In this document: positions 16,304 through 24,849 of the stretch, piece after piece
Layout of the letters: each line of letters begins with the position of its first letter
Numbering within the stretch: position 1 is the first letter of the stretch
Assembly (NCBI RefSeq): GCF_001465295.1
Contig: NZ_CP011034.1
Span: 1,410,001 to 1,442,000, forward strand
Direction of reading: 5' to 3'
DNA from: Pseudoalteromonas translucida KMM 520
Lineage (GTDB): Bacteria > Pseudomonadota > Gammaproteobacteria > Enterobacterales > Alteromonadaceae
Length of the DNA stretch: 32,000 nt
The notes under the pieces: generated by a model
Told to the model about the DNA's origin: nothing
Database searches by the model: none
Seen by the model: the letters and a program-made list of their open reading frames with translations, nothing else
Translations under genes and position numbers: made by a program

Positions 16304-16582
16304 ATGACCACTATCAAAGACCAAGATCACTCTAAAAATAAGCAATTACTACTTAGCATTGTTTTACACGCTATTGAGCAAGTTAATTTTGCAATTCGCA
16401 ATTTAAACAAGCGCAGCACCATTGGCATGCTAATGCAGTGCGAAGACACGTTAACCGACCTGTTGCCGATAGTGAAAATGATTGCAGATGACGACGTTAA
16501 TTTTGAAGGCGTTTACAGCCAAATGAGCATTGCATTAAATGCCGCCCAAATTGGTGGCGAACCATTGGAAATAGAGCTGTAA
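16304..16582 (+). CDS. Hypothetical early protein
   Basis: 92-aa ORF directly upstream of the replication gene. No motif recognised. Confidence 0.5.
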   Translation: MTTIKDQDHSKNKQLLLSIVLHAIEQVNFAIRNLNKRSTIGMLMQCEDTLTDLLPIVKMIADDDVNFEGVYSQMSIALNAAQIGGEPLEIEL

Positions 16583-16585
16583 GCC

Positions 16586-19072
16586 GTGGCTAACCCGAAA
16601 CCAATTGACCTAAAAGCCCTTAGACTATCTAGCGTAGCCGAGGGCTTAATTACGTCTATTAGCGATATTGATAACCGTAACTTTTTAGCGCGCGGCCTGC
16701 AGGCTGTGCCTGTTCCGCTGCAAAGCAGAATGGCCCGCAAATATATTGACCGTTATAACCAAAAAAAGGCGGGTAGCGAATACCGCGCTAATACATGGTT
16801 GCGCCGTGTTATTGGTCGTTTAAAGCCACGCTTTGGCGTGTTGTTTAGTATTACTCAAAATATGCCATTGCCATGGCATATTTTAAGCAGTATTGAAAAA
16901 ACCAAAAAGCATGCAAATACGCTGGCTATTGAATGCCTGCAAATTGCGCTTGATGTAAGCGAAGAGCACCAGCACCTACCTTATGAAAAAATAGTATCGT
17001 TAACCTACGATGCAATAGCTGATCACGCTAAAGCTGTGGGTGCTAACGTACCCTTTTACGCTATGCGCGAAGAAAGCTTACCAACTGAATGCTACGAAAT
17101 TGCACTACTTAAAATGCAGTGCGACAAGTGGTGGGCGCGCCAATTAAAAACCCTACGCCGCCAGTTTTTAGAATTGCTAGAAATTGCCACCGGCCAAGTG
17201 GGCAAAGACCTATACCACGACAAAAAAAGCAAAAAGTTTAAACGTAAAGGCATTAGCCCGTACTCGTCAAAACAAGCGCAGCGTGAGTTTAACTTTGCCC
17301 AAGCCAGCGGCCGCCAGTTTTTAGAAATGATGGAATTACAAAGCAGCGATGGCGACGTAATAAGTTTAATTGAGGCGGTTAAAAGCGGCATGGCAAACCC
17401 AGCCAACCGCCGTAACGAATTAATGCTACGTATACGCGAAACCGAAGAGCTAGCCGACGAAATGGGTTACGTAGGTGTTTTTTACACTATTACGTGCCCG
17501 TCGCGTTTTCATGCCAACTCAAGCAAGTGGAGCGGCGAAACCCCAAAAGACGCGCAAAACTATTTAACCCAAACATGGGCGCGTGCTCGCTCTAAATTAA
17601 ACCGCCGTGGCCTTAAGTATTTTGGCGTGCGTGTTGTAGAACCACATGCCGACGGCTGCCCGCATTGGCACATGATGTTATTTATGCCAAAAAACAAACT
17701 GCAAGAAGTAAACGCTATTTTGCGTTGGTACTTTATTCAAGAAGACAAAACAGAGCTTTACGATTACTACGGCCCAGTAGCAACTCGCGCCAAAGTAGTT
17801 ACCGAATGGGTAGATATAAACACCCATGGCGTACACGTTAAAACCGTTGAAAAGTGCGTGAGCTATCGTGCAGGCACTAAAAAAAGCGAGCTGTTTAAAA
17901 CCTACAAACAAAAGCGCCGCGAGTGGGGCCTTAAAAAAAGCCAAGGCAAAAAAGCCAAAGCGCCTAGTAAGTTTTATCGTACATTTAGCCCACGCTTTGA
18001 CGCCATAACAATGGATAAAAGCAAGGGCAGTGCGGCCAGCTACATTGCTAAATACATTAGTAAAAATATTGATGGCTACATGCTGGGCGATCATGAAGAT
18101 GCTGAAACAGGCGAAAACCTGCAAGAGCAAGCTAACCCCGTTTTAGCCTGGGCTAGTACGTGGAATATTCGCCAGTTTCAATTTCAAGGTTCACCAAGCG
18201 TTACCGTGTATCGTGAATTGCGCCGCCTGCCAAAAGGCAAAGCAATAAGCGACGAGACCATAGAGCCTATTCGCCACGCTGCCGACACTGCCAACTGGAA
18301 AGACTACGTAAAATTACAGGGCGGCATGTGTATTGGCCGCGCTGCTAACTTTAAATCAATGTACGAGCTAACCCCGCAAGGCAACGACTACGCCGAAGTA
18401 GTGCGCCGCATTAAGGGCGTGCTTACTAATACTGACTACAAAGCCGTGCTTAAGCGCACGCTAGAAAACGTGCATAACGTAATTGCCGACACCAGCTTAA
18501 AAACGCGCCTTATCGAATGGACAAGACAGCTCAAGGGCACAGCCGAAAAACTCAGTGCTAAGGCTAGCACCAACGTCGGCGCAGCCGACCTATCTTGGAC
18601 TAGTGGTAATAACTGTACGCCTATCGCCGCAGGCTCTAGAGCTGAGTTGTTACTTGATGCCGTGGGTTTATCAAAAACCGACCTTGATGATCTGGTAAGT
18701 GATCTAAATAGCGGAAAAAGGATCAGTAGAAACGGGCTAATTTATCAAATTCGCGATGGGCAGTTACATACATTAGACGAAAACGCCCAGCTTAAGCAAA
18801 ACAAGCAACTCGATATTGAATACCGAGCGCAAACACTCGCGCAAAAATCAGCTAGCTGGCACATAACCGACGCGCATTGGCAACAAGCACGCGATTTTGT
18901 AGAGCTTGCTTATAAATACGCGCAGCTCGATGGACGTAAATCACTTAATAACACCACCAACGAACGCGGACTAGTCACTATTGGCGATTGGGACCTAGTT
19001 AATTTGGTTAAACAAGGCAGTGCATCAGCAATCAGCGACAACGATTGGTGGGCACTGGATTTAATGGCGTAG
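16586..19072 (+). CDS. Replication initiation endonuclease, P2 GpA family (rolling-circle HUH nickase)
   Basis: 828 aa with a GTG start. HUH block VVEPHADGCPHWHMMLFM and tyrosine block SAASYIAKYISKNIDG, as in P2 A / 186 A proteins. Positioned after the early operon. Confidence 0.85.
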   Translation: MANPKPIDLKALRLSSVAEGLITSISDIDNRNFLARGLQAVPVPLQSRMARKYIDRYNQKKAGSEYRANTWLRRVIGRLKPRFGVLFSITQNMPLPWHILSSIEKTKKHANTLAIECLQIALDVSEEHQHLPYEKIVSLTYDAIADHAKAVGANVPFYAMREESLPTECYEIALLKMQCDKWWARQLKTLRRQFLELLEIATGQVGKDLYHDKKSKKFKRKGISPYSSKQAQREFNFAQASGRQFLEMMELQSSDGDVISLIEAVKSGMANPANRRNELMLRIRETEELADEMGYVGVFYTITCPSRFHANSSKWSGETPKDAQNYLTQTWARARSKLNRRGLKYFGVRVVEPHADGCPHWHMMLFMPKNKLQEVNAILRWYFIQEDKTELYDYYGPVATRAKVVTEWVDINTHGVHVKTVEKCVSYRAGTKKSELFKTYKQKRREWGLKKSQGKKAKAPSKFYRTFSPRFDAITMDKSKGSAASYIAKYISKNIDGYMLGDHEDAETGENLQEQANPVLAWASTWNIRQFQFQGSPSVTVYRELRRLPKGKAISDETIEPIRHAADTANWKDYVKLQGGMCIGRAANFKSMYELTPQGNDYAEVVRRIKGVLTNTDYKAVLKRTLENVHNVIADTSLKTRLIEWTRQLKGTAEKLSAKASTNVGAADLSWTSGNNCTPIAAGSRAELLLDAVGLSKTDLDDLVSDLNSGKRISRNGLIYQIRDGQLHTLDENAQLKQNKQLDIEYRAQTLAQKSASWHITDAHWQQARDFVELAYKYAQLDGRKSLNNTTNERGLVTIGDWDLVNLVKQGSASAISDNDWWALDLMA

Positions 19073-19080
19073 GAGAAAAT

Positions 19081-19347
19081 ATGACTATTCAAATTTCAAA
19101 GGTACTCATGCCAAAGGCATGTATTAGTTGCCAGGCATTTTGCCCAAAAGGTTTTGCAGAGGATCAGCACAGCCCGTTTGTTACAAAATTCGATAAGCCC
19201 GCGCCTAAAACCCAATACGGCCAGTGCGGAAAAAACAAAAACAGCGTATTTGCTACCGAAATTTGCACCGGCTATCAGCAAGAACCTAGCGCCAACGTAT
19301 TTACAGTAACTAACAGACCACAACCAAAACAGCAGGTGACATTATGA
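19081..19347 (+). CDS. Small Cys-containing hypothetical protein
   Basis: I prefer ATG 19081 behind SD GGAGAA (MTIQISKVLMPKACISCQAFCPKGF...). About 88 aa, with C-x2-C-x3-C plus two later Cys. A terminator follows. Confidence 0.45.
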   Translation: MTIQISKVLMPKACISCQAFCPKGFAEDQHSPFVTKFDKPAPKTQYGQCGKNKNSVFATEICTGYQQEPSANVFTVTNRPQPKQQVTL

Positions 19348-19399
19348 ACACTATCTTTAAAAGTGACTATTAAAGTTAAAAACTTCAAATCATAAAAAA

Positions 19400-19426
19400 G
19401 GCTGACATGGGATGTCGGCCTTTTTT
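19400..19426 (+). terminator. Rho-independent terminator ending the early/replication operon
   Basis: GGCTGACAT-GG-GATGTCGGCC stem (one G.U pair) followed by TTTTTT, and preceded by AAAAAA. Confidence 0.8.
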
Positions 19427-19501
19427 ATGCCTGAAATTCATAGACTTTATTTACACCGGAATGTTATATAGATACGCAATTTTAAAAATGGATTCAACGG
19501 A

Positions 19502-20254
19502 ATGCTTAAGTGGTTAGATAAATGTTTAGATAATTTAAAATCCCCTTATTGGGAGTTTTACATTTTAGTGGGGGCTGTGATATTTGGTATTTCAGGTAGT
19601 ATTGTTATTTTTATTGACCCAAATGGGTCAGCTGAAAAGTTTAATAATATAGCAAGTTTCTTAGGTGGCTTGTTTACTGTTATTGGTGTGATCATTGCTT
19701 TTATTGCATATGAAAGAAGTAAAGTGCAGCACAAAAAAAATAGACTATTAGATATTCAATCAGAAATTGAGTTTGAGATACTTCCTAAACTAGTAAATAG
19801 CATGAATTCCTGTTTACACCATGGGGTTTATTCGTTAAGGGTAATAAGGAATGGTGAGGCAATCAACAATGAAACCATTACTAAAATATTAAAAAATATA
19901 GATGAACTAAGCATAATTAGGAAAGAGCTTGAGACTAAAACTGGATATTTAAATAAATTAGGTGGTTTGAAAAGTAATTATGAAGATAGCTATGAAGAAC
20001 TTAATTTATTAATATGTATGATAATTCATTTGTATAAAGCTCAAATTGAATACATAAAATCAGAACCTAAAAAACTAGAAGAACTAGAACTTCGTTTAAA
20101 AATGGCTTTTAGCACTTATCCTTTTTTCTCACGTTATGTTGTAAATGTAATAGAAAGCGATAAAGAACACATTTCAAAGGTGTTATTAATGCGTTGTAAA
20201 CTCGAATCTAAGATATCAGATGTTTATAAATACTATGGCTTAAAGCCCAATTAA
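19502..20254 (+). CDS. 2TM membrane protein with helical cytoplasmic domain (second cargo slot; candidate exclusion/abortive-infection protein)
   Basis: 250 aa in an extremely AT-rich segment (one 60-nt line counted by hand gave 20% GC). Two hydrophobic helices: FYILVGAVIFGISGSIVIFI and FLGGLFTVIGVIIAFIAY. The remainder is K/E/L-rich and helical. It sits between the replication module and the Ogr-like/portal genes, the position of tin/old in P2. Confidence 0.6.
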   Translation: MLKWLDKCLDNLKSPYWEFYILVGAVIFGISGSIVIFIDPNGSAEKFNNIASFLGGLFTVIGVIIAFIAYERSKVQHKKNRLLDIQSEIEFEILPKLVNSMNSCLHHGVYSLRVIRNGEAINNETITKILKNIDELSIIRKELETKTGYLNKLGGLKSNYEDSYEELNLLICMIIHLYKAQIEYIKSEPKKLEELELRLKMAFSTYPFFSRYVVNVIESDKEHISKVLLMRCKLESKISDVYKYYGLKPN

Positions 20255-20485
20255 CTCTAACTGTTGTTCTCGAGGTAAATTTTTAATAAGCGCTGCCGCT
20301 AATTGTTGTGTGCTTTGTACCGGAGGGTTTAAGAAGTGATCAAACGATTGGGTAATGCGAAACGTTGCCCCGCACTCGCGAGTATTAGTGCAAGAGCAAT
20401 ATAAATTTACTACGTGCGCACTTTGCGTTTCACGCGATGTAATCGTAGCTTTAGCTTCGCAATTCGGACAAGTAACCCGCGCCAT
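20240..20485 (-). CDS. Ogr/Delta-family zinc-finger transcriptional activator (late gene activator-like)
   Basis: MARVTCPNCEAKATITSRETQSAHVVNLYCSCTNTRECGATFRITQSFDHFLNPP. From memory this aligns with P2 Ogr: CPxC...TSR...Y-x-C-x-N-x2-C-x-ATF-x-T-x-S. I prefer the ATG at 20485, behind SD GGTGA. The tracked ORF extends to 20497. Confidence 0.8.
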   Translation of the reverse strand: MARVTCPNCEAKATITSRETQSAHVVNLYCSCTNTRECGATFRITQSFDHFLNPPVQSTQQLAAALIKNLPREQQLELIGL

Positions 20486-20513
20486 AATATTCACCAATCG
20501 TTAATAAAGTACA

Positions 20514-20529
20514 CTGTCATTATATACAG
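20514..20529. promoter_or_regulatory. Canonical LexA (SOS) box overlapping the -10 of the Ogr-like gene promoter
   Basis: CTGT-CATTATAT-ACAG (CTGT-N8-ACAG) lies inside the longer perfect inverted repeat TACACTGT/ACAGTGTA (20510-20533). On the minus strand the same DNA reads TTGTTA-N17-TATAAT, about 30 nt upstream of the Ogr-like start. Confidence 0.7.
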
Positions 20530-20590
20530 TGTATTTGTGCATAACAAATAAGCATTTACAAATAGCCGCAATATACCTAAAATAAATTAA

Positions 20591-20608
20591 TTATCACTTA
20601 AGTGATAA
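20591..20608. promoter_or_regulatory. Perfect 18-bp palindrome (operator candidate) just downstream of a promoter-like element
   Basis: TTATCACTT|AAGTGATAA. It lies 8 nt after the candidate promoter TTTACA (20555-20560)-N17-TAAAAT (20578-20583) and 20 nt before ATG 20628. Confidence 0.55.
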
Positions 20609-20627
20609 GTAATTTGAGGGTTTTAGC

Positions 20628-20900
20628 ATGCAATATTTATATAAAGGGTCACAAAGCCAAGAGCGATTAGATTGGTTATTCGCTATGTGTAAAATTAAAA
20701 GTGCCGACATAAAAGCCGCCGCGAGCGATCATCTAGTAAAAGGCATAAGCAAAACCCATGCAGCACTGTTAAATAACGTACCCGCGCCAAATTTAACGCG
20801 AGCATTAAAAACCTTAAATACCTATGCCGAATTAGTCGAAAAAATAAAAGCGCACGATGCGCAGCATAGCCAGTACTACGCTTTACGCGCTGGGCTCTAA
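20628..20900 (+). CDS. Small regulator-like protein, possibly PapB/FaeB-family HTH
   Basis: 90 aa. LDWLFAMCKIKSADIKAAASDHLVKGISKTHAALLNNVPAPNLTRALKTLN resembles the PapB-family layout (helix, xDyLVxG, HTH, then a second helix). This is a weak call by eye. Its 3' end overlaps the portal 3' end by 18 nt. Confidence 0.35.
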   Translation: MQYLYKGSQSQERLDWLFAMCKIKSADIKAAASDHLVKGISKTHAALLNNVPAPNLTRALKTLNTYAELVEKIKAHDAQHSQYYALRAGL

Positions 20901-21923
20901 ATCAAAATTTAGCTGTAACTTACTGCCTATTTCAGGATCCCTTGCTACTTCATCACTCATTAATTTAATAAGCGGTTTAGTCTCGTTTTTAAAATACATG
21001 GCGTCGTATTTAGTTGGGTCGCCAAGGCCTGCATTGTTGGCCGGAATAATACCCGCCAAGCCCGGCGGAAAACGGTGGGCGTTTAATATATCTTGCGCCG
21101 ATACGTTTTTAACATTCATAAACTCGTCTTTACTTTCAAAGTTACCCACAGGAATTATTTGTAAGCCTTTTTCTTTACCGTTGGGTATGTTTACAAACAA
21201 CGAGCGAAAGTTACCCACGCCTTTACTGTCTGAAATTTTTTGCTGTAGTTCTTCTTCAACGTCAGCGTCTAAGTTAGGATCAGTCGCGTACATAATAAAA
21301 CCCATGTGCGCACCGTTTAAAAAATACTTACGGCGGAATAGCGTAGCGTCTTCATTTAATAACGTGGCTTGTAAGCCCCCTAAGTAATCGGCCAAACCAT
21401 ACACTTGCTGCACTGGGTCGTACTGGCGAACCCAAATAATATCGCGCTTTTTATATTTTTTAACTTGGCTATTACGCTCAAGCACCACCGCGCCACCATC
21501 ACCACCAACACGAGTACGGTAACTAGGCAGCGGAAACAACCTTACAATTTGCCCAAAGCCATTACGTATTTTAAGTAGTGCCACATCACCAAATTGCACC
21601 AAGTTTAAAAAGCCTGCTTGTACTTGCTGTGCACTCATACCGCCACTAATAAAACGGCTAGCCGCCATATTGGCACGGCTTTGCACTATGCCGCCGTGCT
21701 GGGCATTACGCCGTGTTAAGTTTGCTAATAAATGGCGGTCTACTGGCGGCTCCCAATAATTATCCATATCGTTATAAAAAAGCGAGTCGTAATCGGTTAG
21801 CCACATATCTGGCATTACTTGCTCAGGCAAGCCAAACACAACGGGCGCATTTTTATTATCTGGTTGATCGTGTGGCTGGTCTGTTAACTGCTCAGCGGTT
21901 TGGTCTAATTCTGCATTATCCAT
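20883..21923 (-). CDS. Portal protein, P2 GpQ family
   Basis: 346 aa (from memory P2 Q is about 344 aa). It lies immediately downstream of the large terminase, overlaps it, and is divergent from the scaffold and capsid genes. This is the canonical P2 Q-P / O-N-M-L layout. Confidence 0.85.
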   Translation of the reverse strand: MDNAELDQTAEQLTDQPHDQPDNKNAPVVFGLPEQVMPDMWLTDYDSLFYNDMDNYWEPPVDRHLLANLTRRNAQHGGIVQSRANMAASRFISGGMSAQQVQAGFLNLVQFGDVALLKIRNGFGQIVRLFPLPSYRTRVGGDGGAVVLERNSQVKKYKKRDIIWVRQYDPVQQVYGLADYLGGLQATLLNEDATLFRRKYFLNGAHMGFIMYATDPNLDADVEEELQQKISDSKGVGNFRSLFVNIPNGKEKGLQIIPVGNFESKDEFMNVKNVSAQDILNAHRFPPGLAGIIPANNAGLGDPTKYDAMYFKNETKPLIKLMSDEVARDPEIGSKLQLNFDLEPSA

Positions 21924-23683
21924 CGTGATTTTCTCTTATGTGCATGGTTAAGGGGTTCGTTAATAACAGCGTGGCTAATAGCAAAAAATACGTCTGCATG
22001 GCCTATGGTGTTATCGCGGCTCGCTTTAAACGTTATAGCACCGCCCGAGTCGGTACTGGTGCGGCGTATTGAAAGGCAGCTCATAGCAATATCTTTATGT
22101 TGGGCGTCCCACTCCAAACGGCCGCCTTCAATCAGGTCAATCATTTTAAGTACTAAGCGGGTTTTGCTGCTTACGCTGTAATGTATGGCCGTAGCTTCGC
22201 GCGGGTATAAGGTACTTATAGAGTCAAACACCCCCGCGCCAATGCCGGTGGTATCTACACCAATATAAGTAACGCGGTATTTGGCATATATTTTTTGAAT
22301 TTCGCTTACATGGTGCGAAAAGTTCATACCGCGCCAATAATGCTTTTCCAGTATTCTAAATTTTTCGCCAGCTTTTTCGGGCGGGGCAACCACTACTAAT
22401 GCGGCATTATCGCGGGTGCGCGAAGGGTCATACCCCAGCCACACCTCGCGGTTACCAAATGGCTGTACCGCATTGGGTTTGTGATCCTGCCAGCGGGTAG
22501 CATCAACCATACATTTTTCAAGGTCGCTAAATTTAAATATACTGTCGGCATCGTCCACAAATATGCACATAAACAGGTTATTAAAATCATCGGCGTTGTA
22601 TTCGTCGCGCAGCTCGTCAATGTCGAACAGCTCACAACCACCGCGCAGCGCATCTTCAATGGTAACTACATAGCGCCATTGTTTATCGGGGCACAGCCTA
22701 CCGTTATCTTGCAGCTCAACAAACGTAGGAAACTCAATTTCTTCGCGCTCAGCGCGGCCTTGTCGCCAATGATCACCAGTCCAAAATGTATAAGCCGGGT
22801 GCGCTTTAGTAGAAGGGGTCGAAAAATACGTTTTACGCCACTTTTTATGTGTGGCCATGGCGCTGGCTAATTTGTTTAGCTCGTTAAACTTACCTATCCA
22901 AAAGTACTCATCTACATAAACATGGCCGTGGTAACTTTGCGCCGTTTTGCTATTGGTACTTAAAAACCGCAGCTCGGCATCACCATGTTTAGTGTGTAGG
23001 GTAATTGGGTTGCCGGTTAGCTCTATTTCAAAAAACTCATGTGCAATAGCAATTATATAGCTACGAAACACCTCAGCTTGTGAACGGCTAGCCGATAAAA
23101 ATATTTGTGGGTCGCCCGTTAAAACCGCATCTTTAAACGCTTCACCCGCAAAATAATAAGTAGCCCCAATTTGGCGGCTTTTTAAAATATTACGAATACG
23201 TTGATGCAAGTTGTCGTGCATCGTTTTTTGGTATTCAAACAGCGAATCAAACCAAGTACCAAAGTCCTCTTCGGTTAAATGGCTAACATCGTTTTTACGC
23301 TTACGGCCTTTGCTTTTACCACCTTCGCTATTATTGTTTTTGTTACCGCCTTTATTAGTGCTTGGTGGCTCGTTAGCCTGGGCTGCTTTTTTAGCTTGAT
23401 CAACACGCTGCTTTTTAAGCTTAACGTGCTTTTCTATCAGCATGTCTAGCTCTTTTATTTGGTTGCCTGTTTTGTCGCTAACGTCGGTAAGTATTAAAAT
23501 GCGCCGCGCAATAGCTTCGTCTACATCTTCCTCGCGCAGCATATCGCGCCAATTGTATTTATCGGCCCAATAGTAAATTACACGGTTATTAGGTAACGCC
23601 AGTTCTGCCCGTATTTCGTCGGGCGTGTGGTGGCGTAAATAAAGCCGCTTAGCGGCTTCACGAATTTCAGAAGAGTAGGCCAT
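21905..23683 (-). CDS. Terminase large (ATPase) subunit, P2 GpP family
   Basis: 592 aa (from memory P2 P is about 590 aa). N-terminal HTH-like region, a K/N/G-rich linker, Walker A-like [12 protein letters not shown], and a C-terminal nuclease domain with acidic blocks ([19 protein letters not shown]). Confidence 0.85.
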   Translation of the reverse strand: MAYSSEIREAAKRLYLRHHTPDEIRAELALPNNRVIYYWADKYNWRDMLREEDVDEAIARRILILTDVSDKTGNQIKELDMLIEKHVKLKKQRVDQAKKAAQANEPPSTNKGGNKNNNSEGGKSKGRKRKNDVSHLTEEDFGTWFDSLFEYQKTMHDNLHQRIRNILKSRQIGATYYFAGEAFKDAVLTGDPQIFLSASRSQAEVFRSYIIAIAHEFFEIELTGNPITLHTKHGDAELRFLSTNSKTAQSYHGHVYVDEYFWIGKFNELNKLASAMATHKKWRKTYFSTPSTKAHPAYTFWTGDHWRQGRAEREEIEFPTFVELQDNGRLCPDKQWRYVVTIEDALRGGCELFDIDELRDEYNADDFNNLFMCIFVDDADSIFKFSDLEKCMVDATRWQDHKPNAVQPFGNREVWLGYDPSRTRDNAALVVVAPPEKAGEKFRILEKHYWRGMNFSHHVSEIQKIYAKYRVTYIGVDTTGIGAGVFDSISTLYPREATAIHYSVSSKTRLVLKMIDLIEGGRLEWDAQHKDIAMSCLSIRRTSTDSGGAITFKASRDNTIGHADVFFAISHAVINEPLNHAHKRKSRWIMQN

Positions 23684-23877
23684 TTAGTATTACAATATGC
23701 TCATAAAAATGATAACTGCGTACAGTGTATTCATTTACAACAAGCTTATAACCGCTTAAAAATACTCATGTTTCCTAAAACCCCAATATAGGAATTTACA
23801 AAAAGCTAACTAGGTGAACAGCCCTTTTTTTATGGCTATGCTGCGTTTAAATATTCAGTAACGCACACGGCAAACTA

Positions 23878-24795
23878 ATGGCAAAGCAAACAGGTTGGGT
23901 AATTGCAGCAACAGAAGGCGCAACGGTAGACGGTCGCATTATTTCAAAAGAATGGATTAACGACATGGCCGCATCGTATTCAGTTGACGAATACACAGCA
24001 CTTATTTGGCCAGAACATTTCCGCTCAAGCTGGGGCCCAACCGAGGGCAAAAACTGGGGCCAAGTTGACGAAGTAAAAGCCGCTAAAAAAGATGGCAAAT
24101 TGCGCCTGTTTGTAAAAATTACCGCTAACGACTACCTACTAGCTGCCAACAAAGACGGCCAAAAGCTGTTTATGTCTATTGAGCCAAACCCCGACTACAA
24201 AAGCGAAGGGCGCTGTTATTTACAAGGCCTTGCCGTTACCGACTCGCCAGCCAGTTCAGGCACCAGCCGCTTAAAATTCTCTATTGGTGATAACGAAGTA
24301 AATCACGAATATAGCCAACTTGAAGCGCTACAACACAGTGACTTTATTACCACCAATAGCGAACCAACTGCCCCAAATAGCAAACAAGCCAAAGCGCAAA
24401 GCTTAATGGCGCAACTATTTAGTTTATTTTCTAGCGATCAGCAGCCAGCCGATCAGCAAGAGCCATCCACCGAGGAAGAACCCATGAACAAAGAACAGTT
24501 TGATGCCCTAATGGGCAAGTTTGAAGGATTAGATGCCAAGGTGACTGACCTTGAAACTAAATTCAGCAAGCCAGCAGAAGAACCAGAAGTTAAGCCAGAG
24601 CCAACACCAGAGCCAGAAATTAAACCAGAGCCAGCAACAGGCGTAACCGCCGAGCAATTTAGCCAGCTAATGGACAAAATGGAAGGCTTTGGCAAAAAAG
24701 TAGATGGCATAGAAACCAAATTTAACGCCCTTAGCCAAGAGCAAAACGGCCAAGAGCCCGACCCAGTTGGCGGCGAAACCGTAAGCCTGGTTTAA
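23878..24795 (+). CDS. Capsid scaffolding protein / prohead protease, P2 GpO family
   Basis: 305 aa. From memory the N-terminus WVIAATEGATVDGRIISKEWINDMAASY...WPEH parallels P2 GpO (FRIGVEGDTCDGRVIS...INLEH). The C-terminus is P/E-rich and carries a duplicated helical motif. Confidence 0.85.
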   Translation: MAKQTGWVIAATEGATVDGRIISKEWINDMAASYSVDEYTALIWPEHFRSSWGPTEGKNWGQVDEVKAAKKDGKLRLFVKITANDYLLAANKDGQKLFMSIEPNPDYKSEGRCYLQGLAVTDSPASSGTSRLKFSIGDNEVNHEYSQLEALQHSDFITTNSEPTAPNSKQAKAQSLMAQLFSLFSSDQQPADQQEPSTEEEPMNKEQFDALMGKFEGLDAKVTDLETKFSKPAEEPEVKPEPTPEPEIKPEPATGVTAEQFSQLMDKMEGFGKKVDGIETKFNALSQEQNGQEPDPVGGETVSLV

Positions 24796-24849
24796 ACAAA
24801 CGCTTAACCACGTTTACCTTTATTAATGCATAACAGAGCGAGATAACGC

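Noticed and set aside
20857-21387. 176-aa plus-strand ORF
   Set aside because: Antisense to the portal gene. Low-complexity S/L-rich translation and no start context.
22396-23399. ORFs 22396-22659 (-), 22481-22870 (+) and 23211-23399 (+)
   Set aside because: Alternative or antisense frames within the large terminase gene.
23684-23877. Search for the P2-type Ogr-dependent late promoter motif (TGT-N12-ACA) between the divergent P and O genes
   Set aside because: I checked each TGT in this spacer by hand and found only TGT-N8-ACA (23726-23739). There was no N12 match. I cannot support a late-promoter call from sequence alone; the Ogr-like protein may recognise a different site.
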